NCBI GenBank assembly: GCA_013265495.1
Contig: MU058667.1
Span: forward strand, 1 to 64,000
DNA length: 64,000 bases
Origin: Vicugna vicugna
Taxonomy: Eukaryota
Direction of reading: 5' to 3'
How positions within the stretch are numbered: the first letter of the stretch is position 1; each line of letters starts with the position of its first letter. The position numbers were made by a program, and so were the translations under genes. Below the pieces are notes generated by a model. That model saw only the letters and a program-made list of their open reading frames with translations, was not told the origin of the DNA and ran no database searches. Of this stretch, positions 23,253 to 35,942 are shown piece by piece.

Positions 23253-23759
23253 TGTATTCGTTTCCTATTGCTGCTGTAACAAATTACCACAAACTTAGTG
23301 ACTTATGCAACACAAATTTATTACTTTACCATTCTGTAGATCAGAAGTCCAAAATCAAGGTGTCAGTAACGCTGTGTTATTTCTGGGGGCTCTAGGGAAG
23401 AATCCATTCCCTTATCTCTTCCAGCTTCTAGAGGCTCGCCTCATTCCTTGGCTAAGGGCCCTATTTTTCGTCTTCCAAGCCAGCCAGTGTAGCACCCTCC
23501 AGTCTCTCTGATTCTGCCTCCAATATCACATTGTCTTCTTTCACTGGACCCTCCTGCCTCCCTCTTATAACTCTTATGATTATAGTGGGTCCACCCAGAT
23601 AATCCAGGGTAATCTTCCCATCTCAAGATCCTTAACATAATCACATTTGTAAAGTCCCTTTTTTCATGTAAAGTTAAGATATCCATAGGTTCCTGGGATC
23701 AGGATGTGACCATCTTTGGCGGTGGTGGAAGCGGACAGAGCATTATTCTGTCTCCCACA
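23253..23759 (-). mobile_element. MaLR solo LTR (MLT1C/D-like)
   Basis: TGTATTCGTTTCCTATTGCTGCTGTAACAAATTACCACAAAC...CATTATTCTGTCTCCCACA. Confidence 0.92.
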
Positions 23760-23819
23760 CAAGGGAAGGAGCAGGAGCTGAGTGGATAGTTTTTATCTTG
23801 GAACTGGCCCTTCTGCTCT

Positions 23820-24050
23820 AAGAGGCATCATGGTGCAGTGAGAAGGCCAGATGCTTTGAAGCCAGACAGATGTGAAATTCGATTTCTAATTCCACCATTT
23901 ATTGTGGTCTCAGGCAAGTTACTCACCTTCTCTGAGCTTCAGTGTTCTCTTGCAGAAACCTATAGCACTTACCTCCTAAGGTTATTGTGTGGCTTAGAGA
24001 TAGTACATGCAAAGTGCATAACTTAATAATTCAGGGGACATCATCATTGT
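23820..24050 (+). mobile_element. MIR SINE
   Basis: GGCAAGTTACTCACCTTCTCTGAGCTTCAGT core. Confidence 0.8.
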
Positions 24051-25160
24051 TACTCTGATGTTTAAGCAAGTTCTGTGAGTGTAGGGATGGAAATGCTAAC
24101 TTCAAATGCTTCAAGGCAGGATGGCTCCCTGCCTGGACCTCCGTGGGAATGCCATTATAGTCTTCCTTTACCAGAAGACAGGAGATGGAGCAGCAGGAGG
24201 GAGGTGATGAACTGTTTAACAAAGATCAGGATATAGTCAGATTCTCTCTGATCATCAATTAGCAGGTCTACACGCATCCACTTGCTGGCAGCTTCTACTG
24301 AGGCGGCCAATTCTTGGTTTTGGTTCACCGAGGACTCCATGATTAGTGCTAAAGATGCCAAGGTGTTCTTGCATTCAGTGGAAAAAGCAGTGCCAGGCTG
24401 AGAAGACTGCTGATTGCAAATTCATCTTCCATGCATGGAACAAATGGAAAAAGCCAATGGATTACAACAATCCTCTGAACTGACGTCACACATGCTTCCT
24501 ACAGAAATCCACATGGTATTGAATTACCCAGCCATGGCTGGGAACTTGGTCATCAAGCAGCACTTCTCCCATTTTGACAGATGAGGATGTCTGGGAGCCA
24601 TGCTCCACATTGTTGGAACAGGCGAAAAGCCTTCTCTCCCCGCCTCTTGTGTGGCTTCCTAGAGCTAAATTGAGCTGGAGTATTTCAAAGATTGAGGAGA
24701 ACCAGTCTGATGTTTTCCTATGCTTTTCTCTTGCATTTAAACACAAAGCCCCAAAGGAGTAGCATCCAGCCCCTCAAAGTAGCAAACTGTCCTATAGCCC
24801 CAACTTGATCACGCAGTGCAACCCTCCAGCGTAACCCCAATATTACTGCCACCCCCACCCCAGAGAAGCATATGACCAAGGAAGTGTGAACAAAGTGGCC
24901 ACAGTGCTCTGAGCACAGGGTAGGAGCTGTGGTCAGTGGGAAGAACAGAGCTGGGGTTACTACATGCAGGGATGGGATGAGATTAGGAGAGACTAGACTC
25001 TTACACCTGCACAGAGGATTTCTTCCATTTGTAAGCAATATTGCCCTACATCTAAATTCATTTGTTTAAATCCATCCATCTATTCATTCATGAATAAGCC
25101 CTTCAGCTCAACATGTATTGGGTACCTTCTATATGCCAGGCACTGCACTGAGTTCCTGTC

Positions 25161-25798
25161 ATTTTTTTAATTGAAGTATAGTTGCTGTACAATATTATTT
25201 AAGTTACAGATGTACAATATAGTGATTCACAATTTTTAAAGGTTATACTCCATTTCTAGTTATTATAAAATGTTGGCTATATTCCCCATGTTGTACAATA
25301 TATTCTTGTAGCTTATTTTATACCTAATAGTTAGTACCTCTTAGTCCCTTACCCCTATATTGCCCCTCCCCCCCACTACTGGTAACCACTAGTTCTCTGT
25401 GTGTGTCTGCTTCCTTTTTGTTACATTCACTAGTTTGTTGTATTTTTTTAGATTCCATATATAAGTGATATCACACAGTATTTGTCTTTCTCTGTCTGAT
25501 TAATTTCACTCAGCATAATGCCCTCCAAGTCCATCCATGCGGCTGCAAATGGAACATTTCATTCTTTTCTAAGGCTGAGTAGTATTCCATTGTGTGTATT
25601 CACATCTTCTTTATCCATTCATCTGCTGATGGACACTTAGGCTGCTTCTATATCCTGACAATTGAAAATAGTGCTGTGAACGTTGGGGTGCACGTATCTT
25701 TTCTAACTAGGGTTTTTTCGCACATATACCCAGGAGTGGAATTGCTGGGTCAGATGGTAGCTTTATTTTTAGAACTACTACTACTACAAACTAAAACT
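25161..25798 (-). mobile_element. Cetartiodactyl-type L1 3' end
   Basis: T-tail then TTAATTGAAGTATAGTTG...GGCTGAGTAGTATTCCATTG...CCCAGGAGTGGAATTGCTGGGTC; TSD TGAGTTCCTGTC (25149-25160) / TGAGTTCTGGTC (25799-25810). Confidence 0.92.
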
Positions 25799-28623
25799 TG
25801 AGTTCTGGTCTTTTAGGAGTGAGCAAGACACCCATGGTCACTGGTGCCCTAGAGAAGGAGACCCAGTACACCAATGGTGTGGCAGACACAGAGCCAGGGT
25901 GTCTACTATACCCCCCTGCAGGAGCAGAAATGCTTTCACGTTCACTACCAAGTATCTACGCCTTTCTTCACCTCATTCTTACCCTGTTCGCCATGACGTC
26001 TCTGAGATAAAATCACCTTCATCCTTGAAGGCTTGGTGCAAAGCTTCCTTCTCCTTAGAGGCTCCCCAGCCCTGCTCTTAGAACCATTCTCTCCCACCTC
26101 TGTGTTCCACAGTGCCTTATGCCTGAAATGTAGGCTCTGTGAAGGCTGACTGCCATGGAAACCGGGGTTTGCAGCTGTCTTTCGATCCGCTCCCCAGCGT
26201 CCGAGGGGCCGAGAGTGCCATGAGGTCAGGGCTGTGCCTGTGTGCTCCGTCTAGAGTGGAGACATAGAGGAGGGCTGGATGCTTTACTTCTCCCCAGCTC
26301 TCTGGGGGGCACAGCCCACAACCAGCCTCCTTCTGAGGCCCTTCACACCCAGCTGTGAAAACACGGGGGGGCTTTCACAATGCAGTGTGAGGTGTGGAAA
26401 AGCAGAGGCCACGCCAGCGTCAGCAGGACTCCACTCGGAGGAGCTATGCTAAGAGGCTGTTGGTCTCAGCACCTCCTTGACCCCAGGGACCCTCCTACAG
26501 CTCCACACTATGTAATGAATGATGATGTGAGCCAAAGGCCAAAGAGAAAAAGAAGTGAAGCTTGGTGGAGTAGGGAGAGGGGAGCAGGAGGCTGAGCTGA
26601 TAGTTTGAGAGCACAGGATGCTGGAGGAGAGGATGTGAAAAGAGAGGCGACTCGTGGAATCGTGAGCCTGGGGTAGAGCTCAGCGACCCTGTGGGCTGAG
26701 CAGCGTGGAAGAGGCACTGCCAGTTCCCCAGTCAGTGTGGGAGCTGGGTGGGTCCCTTGAATGAAAAGGAAAGAAAGTGTGCTTCTCATCCTTCTGGCTT
26801 CCGTTCCACATGGGTTGGATCAATAGAAAGTTTGCATGATGCAGGGAGGTAAGGACATGGAAGGGGGTTATAAATGTGGTTGAAAGAGTGAGGGGATGAC
26901 AGTCATCCACATAAGGAGGCTTGACTGACATCACCAGGGAAAGTGAGCATCCAGCCCATTCATATCCTGGCCCCTGACACTGCTAAGACTGCATCTCAGT
27001 CCCCACTGACTCCAGGGCAGCCAGGCGTGCCCTTGAGCACCTATGGCTACAGGTCTTTTCATGCCATGCCCTGGGTATCTGGCAGCCGCCACATTTGTAC
27101 TCTCTGCATCCAGCAAGCTCTGAGAGCCCTGGATGCAGCTTGTACAGAGGAAAGCGAAATGATCTGGAGTCAGGACACCTGTGTTGACATCTTACTTCAT
27201 CACTTCTCAACTCTGTGACTTCAGACAAGTTATGGAAATTGCTCTGAAATTCATCTAGAATGTAAAACAGACATAATGTCAGCTGCTGCAAATGATTATG
27301 GTGAGGAGAAAAGCAAATAAAAGTATCAGATTTGACAGAACAGGGCCTGGAAGGTAGGAGGCACTCGACAAATGGCAGACATTCCTGTGAAGGAAATTCA
27401 TGTGCCATGATGGGACCAGAGATTCCTGCTGCATCCGAGAGCAGCAGCCATAATACATGGGGTCCAGTAAAGCCACTTCCTGCTTCACACCTCATCCCTA
27501 TACTCATTCCTTCATCAAACACTAACTGAGCTCCTACTGAGTGCTACACACTGCATTAGCAGCAGGGGACGCAGCTGTGGATAAGCCAGACATGGCCCTG
27601 TCTTTGTGTTGCTCAGCACTCAGTGAGAGAGGCAGACAAACACTGAAATCCACCATGGTGCATGTGAGACAGGAGTTTGGTGTTGTCCCTGAGGACACGG
27701 AAAGACAGGGCTTGACTATTCTGAGAAGTGGGAGGAGAGAGCTCAGAGAAGTTAACACTTTGCCCAAGGTCACACAGCTGGACTGATTTCTGCAACCCCA
27801 CTGACCAGTGGAGGTTTAGCTGCCCCATCTTGCTCACACCACCAGAGCACTCCCCACCGTGAACTGCAGCGGTCCCAAGGACTGGGGCCCAGGAGTCTCC
27901 TGGAAGTCTGCTCAGCACCTCCCAGATCAGTCACTGTGAAATAAACCCACCAGACTGTGGGCAATTTGATGACAAGGGCCACATCTCTTTCATCTTTATA
28001 TTCCCCCAGAGCCAAATTCCGGGTTTGGAGCATAGTAAGTCTTTGATAAATATTGCATGCTGAATTAGTGAGTGAAGAGTGCTCACGGAGGTTCATTGAC
28101 TTGTTTAAGATCACCTGGCTAGTAAGCAGCAGGACAGGGACAGAATCCAAGTCCTCTGACTCTGGCCCTGGGCTTTCCCTCCAACACTGAGTGAAAGAAA
28201 AAACTCAGCAACCAAAAAGCGAATGACCCTGCCAAGGATTGGCGTCCCTCTTTTCCATCCACTATAGCTTGTCAAATGACAGAAGCAAACACCCATACTC
28301 TGTAAAACTCAACTCCTTTGCTTTCTCTTTAATTCACTCCCTCTCTCCCTCTTACTCTATTTCCCCTTTTTCTTTCTCTTCCTCTCCCCACTACCCATCC
28401 TCACTATCCCCATCCTATTCCTCCCTCTTCCCACTTTTTTCCCTGTATACACAAACATAGACAGATACATATACATATATGTACAGCGGGGCCCTAAGAA
28501 AGACTGTAGGAGCCCCGGGATGGGGGGGTATCAAGGGATTAAAAAATACGAAAAGGGCAACAGTCAAATGATTCCCCGCTCCCTGCCCTAGTTGGGTCCA
28601 CTGAGCATGATATGGCTCCATCC

Positions 28624-28640
28624 AACCAGCAGAGGGCGGG
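28624..28640 (+). promoter_or_regulatory. Predicted CTCF binding site
   Basis: AACCAGCAGAGGGCGGG contains the core CCAGCAGAGGGCG in unique sequence. Motif only. Confidence 0.5.
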
Positions 28641-29099
28641 CTTGGATGGACTGCGCATCCCAGCCCTGCTGACAAGTCTTCATCTCTGCCTTGGCTCTGC
28701 AGAGATGAGGGGTTATTTTTTACAAAGGGGAGGAGGGGGAAACACCAGAGCTTTTCCAAATTATCGCACCTGTGTCAACATCACCTGTACTGGTTCCTGG
28801 AGCGTTGTCAATAAGGAAGTGGCTCTTTAAAAGGTGAATAATGAAAGGAGGTGTTTGCAGGAATCAAGTTCCTTTTTCTGTGCACAGATTCTGAAGGCTG
28901 CAGCCTGAGCAGTGGCATGGTTAACTAGCTGGTGCCAAGGAAAGAAAGCTGTGATCTTATCTTTAACTTTAGAAACTGGAACTTGAGGGACCTTAAAAAT
29001 CATCACTTTACCGAGGACTAGAAAAATTTGGCTGACACACACAGCAGATTGGGGCCTCCAATGGATACTCACCTAACTGCTGAACTGTAGACAGTCTAG

Positions 29100-29600
29100 A
29101 TTATATTATTTTCCTTTAAGGAACATGGAGTTTTCCATCAGCAGATCGTCTTGATCCTGTTGAGACTTGGTTTTACTTTTGGTTAGAATCCGTCTAGAGT
29201 TTCCCTAACTCCAGGGCACAATTCTTATTCCTGAAACATGGCCTTTTGATGTCTCAACTTGATTCCCTGAGTTTTCATGAGATCACTTCTCTTGGAATGG
29301 TGGAAAGTCCACCGCGCCCAGGTACTGTGTGACCTCCGGTCCCTCTCTGTTCAGCTCTCAGCCCCTCAGATATTCTTCTCTGCCAGACCTTTTGGAGTCT
29401 TACCCTGCACATAAGCAAACTGATATTCGGGCAAAGACCCAAGAGATTCTCTATGTATATTGCTATAGCTCCTGTTCTGCAGTGTCTTCCTCTCCAGTAC
29501 CCTGCCCCACAAATTCCAGCCTCCTCGGAAGCTCAGACTCCAATTTCTGTTTTTCCTCTGCTCAGCAAAACCTCTGCTTCCTGTTTGGGCTTCCTCTACC
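29100..29600 (-). mobile_element. Ancient L1ME-type 5'-end fragment
   Basis: CCTCTCCAGTACCCTGCCCCACAAATTCCAGCCTCCTC and flanking sequence resemble a reversed L1ME 5' end. Confidence 0.55.
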
Positions 29601-30229
29601 CAGCCGGACCCCTATGGGGATTAAACATGATAACATGATGATTCTGGAAAGCATGGAACCAAGTAATGGAGTAAATCCTATATGGTGTGTTATTATTATT
29701 TGTTCTTTTGTAAATGTTTAAATAATGGTCAGAGAATGGAATATAATGCATAATATCCTGAGTTATGTGTAAAAAACAGAAAATATTTTCCAAACATAAG
29801 CATCATTTTTCTGAGTTGTTTAAAGTTCTGGAAAGCCAAGTGGTTCAACAGGAATAGTGGAGAGCTTGGTGTCCACCCTACACCCAGCACACTCCTGACT
29901 CTAGCATCCTCTCATTTGTTTTATTTGTACATGTGTCTTGTGTTCCATGCTCACGGTTCTGTTCTCATCTTAGACTGTCATGCTCCTTTGAGCACAGAGA
30001 CTAGTTTTATTCACTTTCATCTTTCTTACAGACTGTGGCACAGCACATAATAGGTTCATTCAAATATTTAAAAAATTTTTAAATGGACTAAAGAGGCAAT
30101 TTTTCACACAAGAAGATAAAAATTGGTGTTATGCACATACCATGCCAAAGCAATCTGCTGTAAAAGTGAAAATACAATTACTTGTATTAATACTTAATAC
30201 TTAATACTGAACAACCGGCCAAGAAAAGT

Positions 30230-30450
30230 GGAAAGACATGGAGAAATCAAGATCTGGTTTTAAATCCTAGCTCCCCCTGTTTACTAAGTGAATGACCTTA
30301 AGTAAGTTACTTGATATTCTGAGCTTCAGTTTCCTTGTCTATAAGAAAGGAATAATGACTACTCCCTCCTGGGGTCTGTTGTGAAGATCACAAAGAAATA
30401 ATATATCTAAAGTCTCCACCACAGAGTCTCCAATGGTGCATTATAGACAC
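30230..30450 (+). mobile_element. MIR SINE
   Basis: TGACCTTAAGTAAGTTACTT...GAGCTTCAGTTTCCTTGTCTATAAG core. Confidence 0.8.
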
Positions 30451-30990
30451 TCAGTTCCCACCATTCGATTGATTCAATCAACCGTTCATTAACTCAGGAT
30501 TTTTAGGCACCCCAGTAAGTTTGACTGACATTACACAGTACATCAGAGGCTACAGTGGACACTCAGTATGATATTGTCTATCCAACCCTCTCTGTCCTTT
30601 TGGGAACAGTTCTTCCACTCAGCTGCAACCCTGTGATTTGCACAGGAAAGTCTGTTTTTCCAGACCCTACCCCTGGCCATAGTTGATGGATCCAGAGCAG
30701 GGCACCTGACCCAGGCCAGGCCAATCAGCGCCTTTCCCTCCATCTTTCAAACTAAAAGTGAGGAAGAGAGTAAACATCTCTCTGATGGTTGAAAGTTACA
30801 AGATGTGGAACTTGGGAGGTTCCATGAAGGAAGCCAGTCTGTGGAGAGAAAGAAGGAACTGCTGGGCAGAAAGAAGCAGAAAAGAGCACTGGAGAAGGAG
30901 ACAGGGAGGCCTTCAGCTTCCTGGTGCTCAGCTGCATCACAGCTCTTCTGTGATCTGGGTACTCAAACCTTCATTCACCTGAGTTTCCTA

Positions 30991-31575
30991 TGTTCTTCCA
31001 GGTCCTATGAGAAGCAAGTTCTGAGATGAGATTAGAAGTGCAAGGCACTGATTAGGGAAGATGCCTGAGGGAAAATGTGGAGGGAGAGAGAGGAGGCTGG
31101 GAGAGCCGTTAGACCAAGATGCAGGTCCAACCTTTGTGCAGAGAAGGAAAGCGGAGGGTTCAGTGGGATAGTCTTGGACCGCAGTGCAGTTCTAAGGAGG
31201 TTCGGCAAGACTGGTGGAGAATCCTCGAGCCAAAGCCACCGATCAGAGGGGTCCCATGTCTCCCAGGAAAAGCCCACCATAGAATCCTGCCGCCTCCAGT
31301 CACTACACAGCTTGTGTAGGGCTGCCTGATTACTATCGGACTTCTAGTTACATTTGAATTTCAGATAAAAGATGAATTACTTTTGGTATAAATATGTCCC
31401 AAACATTGCATGGGAATCCTGTATTTTCATCTGCTAACTCTGGCACCCCCTAAGCTTGGGAGGAGCTCGGACTCAGTGTGAACACAGTGATGGATCTCTG
31501 AGTGGAGCCGCTGGAACCCTGGGTCAGTCACATTCCCACTGGCCATCTGCAGGGCACCTGCTCATGACTGCCACA
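30991..31575 (-). mobile_element. ERVL LTR (LTR33-like)
   Basis: GGTCCTATGAGAAGCAAG..AGATGAGATTAG...GCAGTGCAGTTCTAAG...CTCATGACTGCCACA. Confidence 0.7.
31317..31452. mobile_element. MER53-like hAT MITE
   Basis: TAGGGCTGCC...TTTGAATTTCAGATAAA...TGGCACCCCCTA; 8-bp TSD AGCTTGTG/AGCTTGGG. Confidence 0.85.
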
Positions 31576-31668
31576 ATACTCTAGCACCCTTCCAGAAGAT
31601 TCTCTTTTTCCTAAGCTAGTTTGAGTTGTGCTTTTATCATCTGCAACCCAAACAGTTCTGACTGATTT

Positions 31669-32209
31669 CTGTAGTTATCTACCGATGTATAATAAACCAC
31701 CCCCAACTTTGTGGTATAAAACAAAACCCATTTTATTATGCTTGTGGATCCCATGGATCATGTACTGAGACAGATTGAGGGGGGGTAGCTTATCTCTACT
31801 CCACAATGTCTGAGGCCTCATCTGGGATGCAAAATAGTCAAAGATGCTCAAGTGGCTGGAGGACTGAGTCACCCGGAGGCTTCTTCATGAATGTGTTTGG
31901 TACCCAGGCTGGGATGACTTAAACAAGGCTGGCCTCAGAATGTCAACCAGAATGCCTACACATGTTTTCATGGGGCTTGCAATTCCTTGTCACATGGCTT
32001 GTTGGATTTTTTTACTTGGTGCTTAGGGCTCCAAAGATGATTATAGAAACTGCCTTCTATGAATTATATGACTCAGCCTCAGAAGTCACACAGCCTCACT
32101 GAATTCTACTGGTCAGAACAGTCACAAGTCCCCCAGATTCAAGGAGAGGGGGCTTACACCTCACCTTCTGATATAAAAGAATTCACAGTCATGTTTTTAA
32201 CGGGCCACA
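31669..32209 (-). mobile_element. MaLR LTR (MLT1F/G/H-like)
   Basis: AACCACCCCCAACTTTGTGG...CTCTACTCCACAATGTCTGAGGCCTCA...CCCAGATTCAAGGAGAGG. Confidence 0.75.
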
Positions 32210-33289
32210 CTAACGAGTGGACCAAGCTGAAAATGTCATCTCACCTCTTAACATCTGCCCTAGACCCTCCTCTCTGAGAAACTTTGGCTTGTTCACAAAG
32301 TAAGAACCCAAATGCTTACGGAGTCCATGGCATAAAATTCTTCTCCACGTATCTATTCAGATTTTCCCCAGGAGCAATAACAAGACCACTAACTGTTCCT
32401 GCATTATTTCTGGACTAAATCTTTGATTGAAAATGTAAGCAACTGTGTAACATAGCAGGAACTTCGGAACAAGTATATTTTCTTTAACTTCTCCAGTTCT
32501 TCTCTGTCACTTAGTGTAAAGCTGTGGAGAGAGGCTGCAACAGCTGTGAGGATGAGCGGCAGGAAAATGAGAACAGCTCTTTTCATCTTCAAAGGTCCTG
32601 GGCAGATCAACTCTCATTCTCATGATCAAGTTTCTAAAGATTTTTGACAACCTGGATATTGGTAATAAAGGAATCATTGATTGAGAAGCATTTCTTCACC
32701 ATATGATGCGTGCACGACTTCAAAACTAAAAATCATAAAACACTATGAGCTCATTTAGAAGGCGGATGGTTTAAATTTTTTTTTGCTTCTATCTAGATAA
32801 ACTTGGGCAAGTCACTCTACCTCTGAGCCTCAGTTTCCCCATTGTGCAGTGTAGATAATAATTCTATCTGAGAGAGTTAGTATGAGGATAAGAATAATAA
32901 ATATGAAATAAAGTGGCCAGAACACTGCATAGTGGCTACTGGGATATTAAAATGAATTGTGGAATAAGCCATCATCAAATGCTTGCCCTGTATCAAACAG
33001 CACATTAGAAACTTTAATGGACACAGTGGTGATCAAGACACAGCTCCTGTCACCAGCGATCAGAGCTGAATAAGAGGGTACCATATCTGCTAGGAAGGAA
33101 TCAGTCTGCGGCTGAGCTCCAAGTAGGATACTTCCAGCTTCCTCCGGCTAGCCAGCACATGCTCGGTTTCCTCATCTGTTACAGTGGGAATAACAACCAT
33201 CCCCGTCCTACCTCACTGGGTGATTTTGAATGTTACCTAAGATGGTGCGTATTTAAGTGCTTTGTAAGAGTTAAACTATTAAAGATGTG

Positions 33290-33465
33290 GTCTTTCCTCG
33301 CGAGTAATATGTGGCCCATGGACCATCAGAATTGTCATCACATGGGCGCTTGTTAGACAAGCAGATTCTCAGGCCTCATTCCAGACTGACTTAATTAGAA
33401 TTTACAGTTTAACAAGACGCCGCAGGTGACTCCTGTGCATGTTAACGCCTGAAAGGCAGTCGTCT
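33290..33465. mobile_element. MER5-family hAT-Charlie MITE
   Basis: GCTTGTTAG..AAGCAGATTCTCAGGCCTCA...TTTAACAAGA...CAGGTGACTC. Confidence 0.75.
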
Positions 33466-34489
33466 GTAAGAATACTACATTCTGATGAGACAAAAGCAAG
33501 GCAGTTGTTTCACTGCAAAGCAAACTATAGGCAACATGCAAAGGATCTAATAAAAATTAAAAGCCTAATTTCTAAGAATATCCAATTAAAAGAAGAAAAC
33601 CGACAAGGCTAGTTATAGAAGAATTCCCAGGGGGCGTGGGATTTTGAACATGTGCTTCAATCTTATCACCCAAAGTCCACACAGTAAAGAGGCTCCACCG
33701 TAAGAAGTTATATAACCACTTTTCCCTGCCTGCAGAGCTGAGCCTTGGCCAAACAATCATGTTCACCACCTCAGCGATCAGGGCACCTCGTAGTGCTCTG
33801 GGCTCACTAAGCCAGTCGCAATCAAGCCAAACGGCCGCCCACGGGTTTGTTCGGGACGCTGTGCAGTATAGGTGTCCAGCTCTCACAGTGCCACGTTCAT
33901 TCCTCTATTACAACCTTATCCATTTAACTCTATTACGTGTGTTCAAGTCTGTCTCCTCCACAGCACTGTGAGCTCCCTGAGGTCAAGGACAACGTCTCTT
34001 GTCTCTGTAATCCCCAGCTCCCAGCACAGTGCCAGTGAAACTGATGGGAAGCCTTAGCGAGAGGCTAAAGGAAAGGAAAGGTCCCCATTCAAGTGGGATT
34101 TTGTGTGTACACCCTTCCTTCCCTTCCTCTTACGAAGCTCCAGTTCTTCTGATCCCCTTCTGTGTCCTCCCCCTCAAAAAGTTCTAATTCTTTACCTGTG
34201 CAAAAGCTTTGGATTCATTTTAAACACAGATAATTTTTTTAAATGGGAGAACATTTTAAAGACAGATATTTTATAAACATATTTCTATTGAGGCTTCTCT
34301 GTCCTTAAGGGACCTCTGAAAAACTCTGGCTTCACGTTTTTCCGGTGTTCAGCTAAGAAAAATGAAGTCACTGTATATATTTCAACAAGACTCTAAATAC
34401 ACAGTTTTAGATTACAAAATTTCTGGAAAATTGGAGGAGAGTGAAAGGATGAAGAGCTATAAAAAAATTGCTTACACTCCTAAGAACCA

Positions 34490-35185
34490 ACGTTCATGTG
34501 CTTGTCATTTGTGTATCTTTGGACAAATGTCTAATCAAATCCTTTGGCCATTTTATTTGCCTTTATATTGTTGAGTTGTAAGAGTTTTTCATATATTCTG
34601 GATGTGGGGTATGGATTTCTATCTCATATATGATTTACAAATCTTTCCTTCCATTCTGTTGGTTGTCTCCTTACTTTCTTGGTACTGTCCTTTGAAGCAC
34701 AAAAGTTTTGAATATTGATGAAGTCCACTTTATCTGCTTATTTCTTTTTCTTTTTTTGCTTGTGTTTTGGTGTCATATCTAGAAAACCAATGCCTAATCC
34801 AAGAGCATTAAGATTTAAGTCTCTGCTTTCTTCTAAGACTTTTATAATATACAACTCTTATCTGTAGATCTTTGCTCCATTTTGAATTAATTTTTGTAGA
34901 TGGTGTGAGGTAGGGGAAGTGTTCAACTTCATTATTTTCATGTGGATACATAATTATCCCAGCACCGTTTGTTGAAAAGACTGTTTTTCTCCCATTGAAT
35001 TATCTTGGCACCATCGTCAAAAATCAATTTACTGTCAAGGTAACAATTTAGTTCTGGGCTCTCAATTCTATCCCATTGATCTATATGTCATGTCTATCCC
35101 TATGCCAGTACCATACTGTCTTGATGACTGTAGCCTCGTGCTATTCCGAAATTGGGAAGTGTGCCTTCAATTTTTTTCTTTTTCA
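34490..35185 (-). mobile_element. L1 ORF2 3' fragment (L1MB/MC-like)
   Basis: TTGTTGAGTTGTAAGAG...CCCAGCACCGTTTGTTGAAAAGACTG...TATGCCAGTACCATACTGTCTTGAT. Confidence 0.9.
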
Positions 35186-35553
35186 AGAAAAGAAAATGTA
35201 TGTATTTAATGATATATAATACACGTTATATAAGATATATCTAGATATAGCTATATCTTACTGGCTCTGTTTCTGTGAAGAATCCTGACTAATACATGAG
35301 AATCTTCCATTGGCATATGAATCATCTCTATCACGCTGCTCAGAGGTCATAGATAATTTTAAGGGAAGAATTCATAAAATAGGCCCATTGGCTCCTCTAC
35401 ATGCAGAGAAATTTATTATATTCTTGCTGGCAAGATGGCGGGGATGGGATACCTGGTAGTGAATGATGGTGATGATAATGCCAGCGGCCAACTTTTTTGA
35501 GTGCTTACTCTTGGACAGGCATTGTGCTAAGTGATTTACATGTTATCAATCTG

Positions 35554-35942
35554 TGTAATAGATGCTTTTGAGAGTGTCACCCCTATGGTGACAACTTTCC
35601 AAAAATTGCCCTCAGCTGGAAAAGGAGTGTGACCTGCCTCATCTCAGGTCACACTCCCTTCAGAGAGGGGATAACCTCCTTCCAAGAACACATCAATGCA
35701 GGAGACTCCAGCTTCCTCCCTAAATTTCAGGACAATTCCGAAGGGCCATTCCTGATTCAAACTGTCCCGTAAGGTTGGCTGAAGCCTTTAAGACGGTATT
35801 GCAGCCCAGCTGCTCTCTCTGCCGAATGCACCTTGCTTCCCTTCTCTCCACGGGTGTTAATCCCAAAAGCATCCCCTAAGAAGTTTCCTGAATGCTCATC
35901 TCCATTTCAGAATCTCCTTCTCAAAGAACCTAACCTGCAACA
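35554..35942 (+). mobile_element. ERVL solo LTR (LTR16-like)
   Basis: CAGGACAATTCCGAAGGGCCAT...GAACCTAACCTGCAACA; TG..CA ends; TSD ATCTG/ATCTT. Confidence 0.8.

Larger units (their letters stand above)
30551..31668 (+). mobile_element. Old MaLR LTR (MLT1J/K-like), split by an ERVL LTR
   Basis: GGGCACCTGACCCAGGCCAGGCCAATCAG, and a 3' end CTAAGCTAGTTTGAGTTG...TGCAACCCAAACAGTTCTGACTGAT that resumes after 31575. Confidence 0.7.

Noticed and set aside
35431..35441. Isolated YY1 consensus CAAGATGGCGG
   Set aside because: Single motif among repeat fragments with no supporting promoter context.
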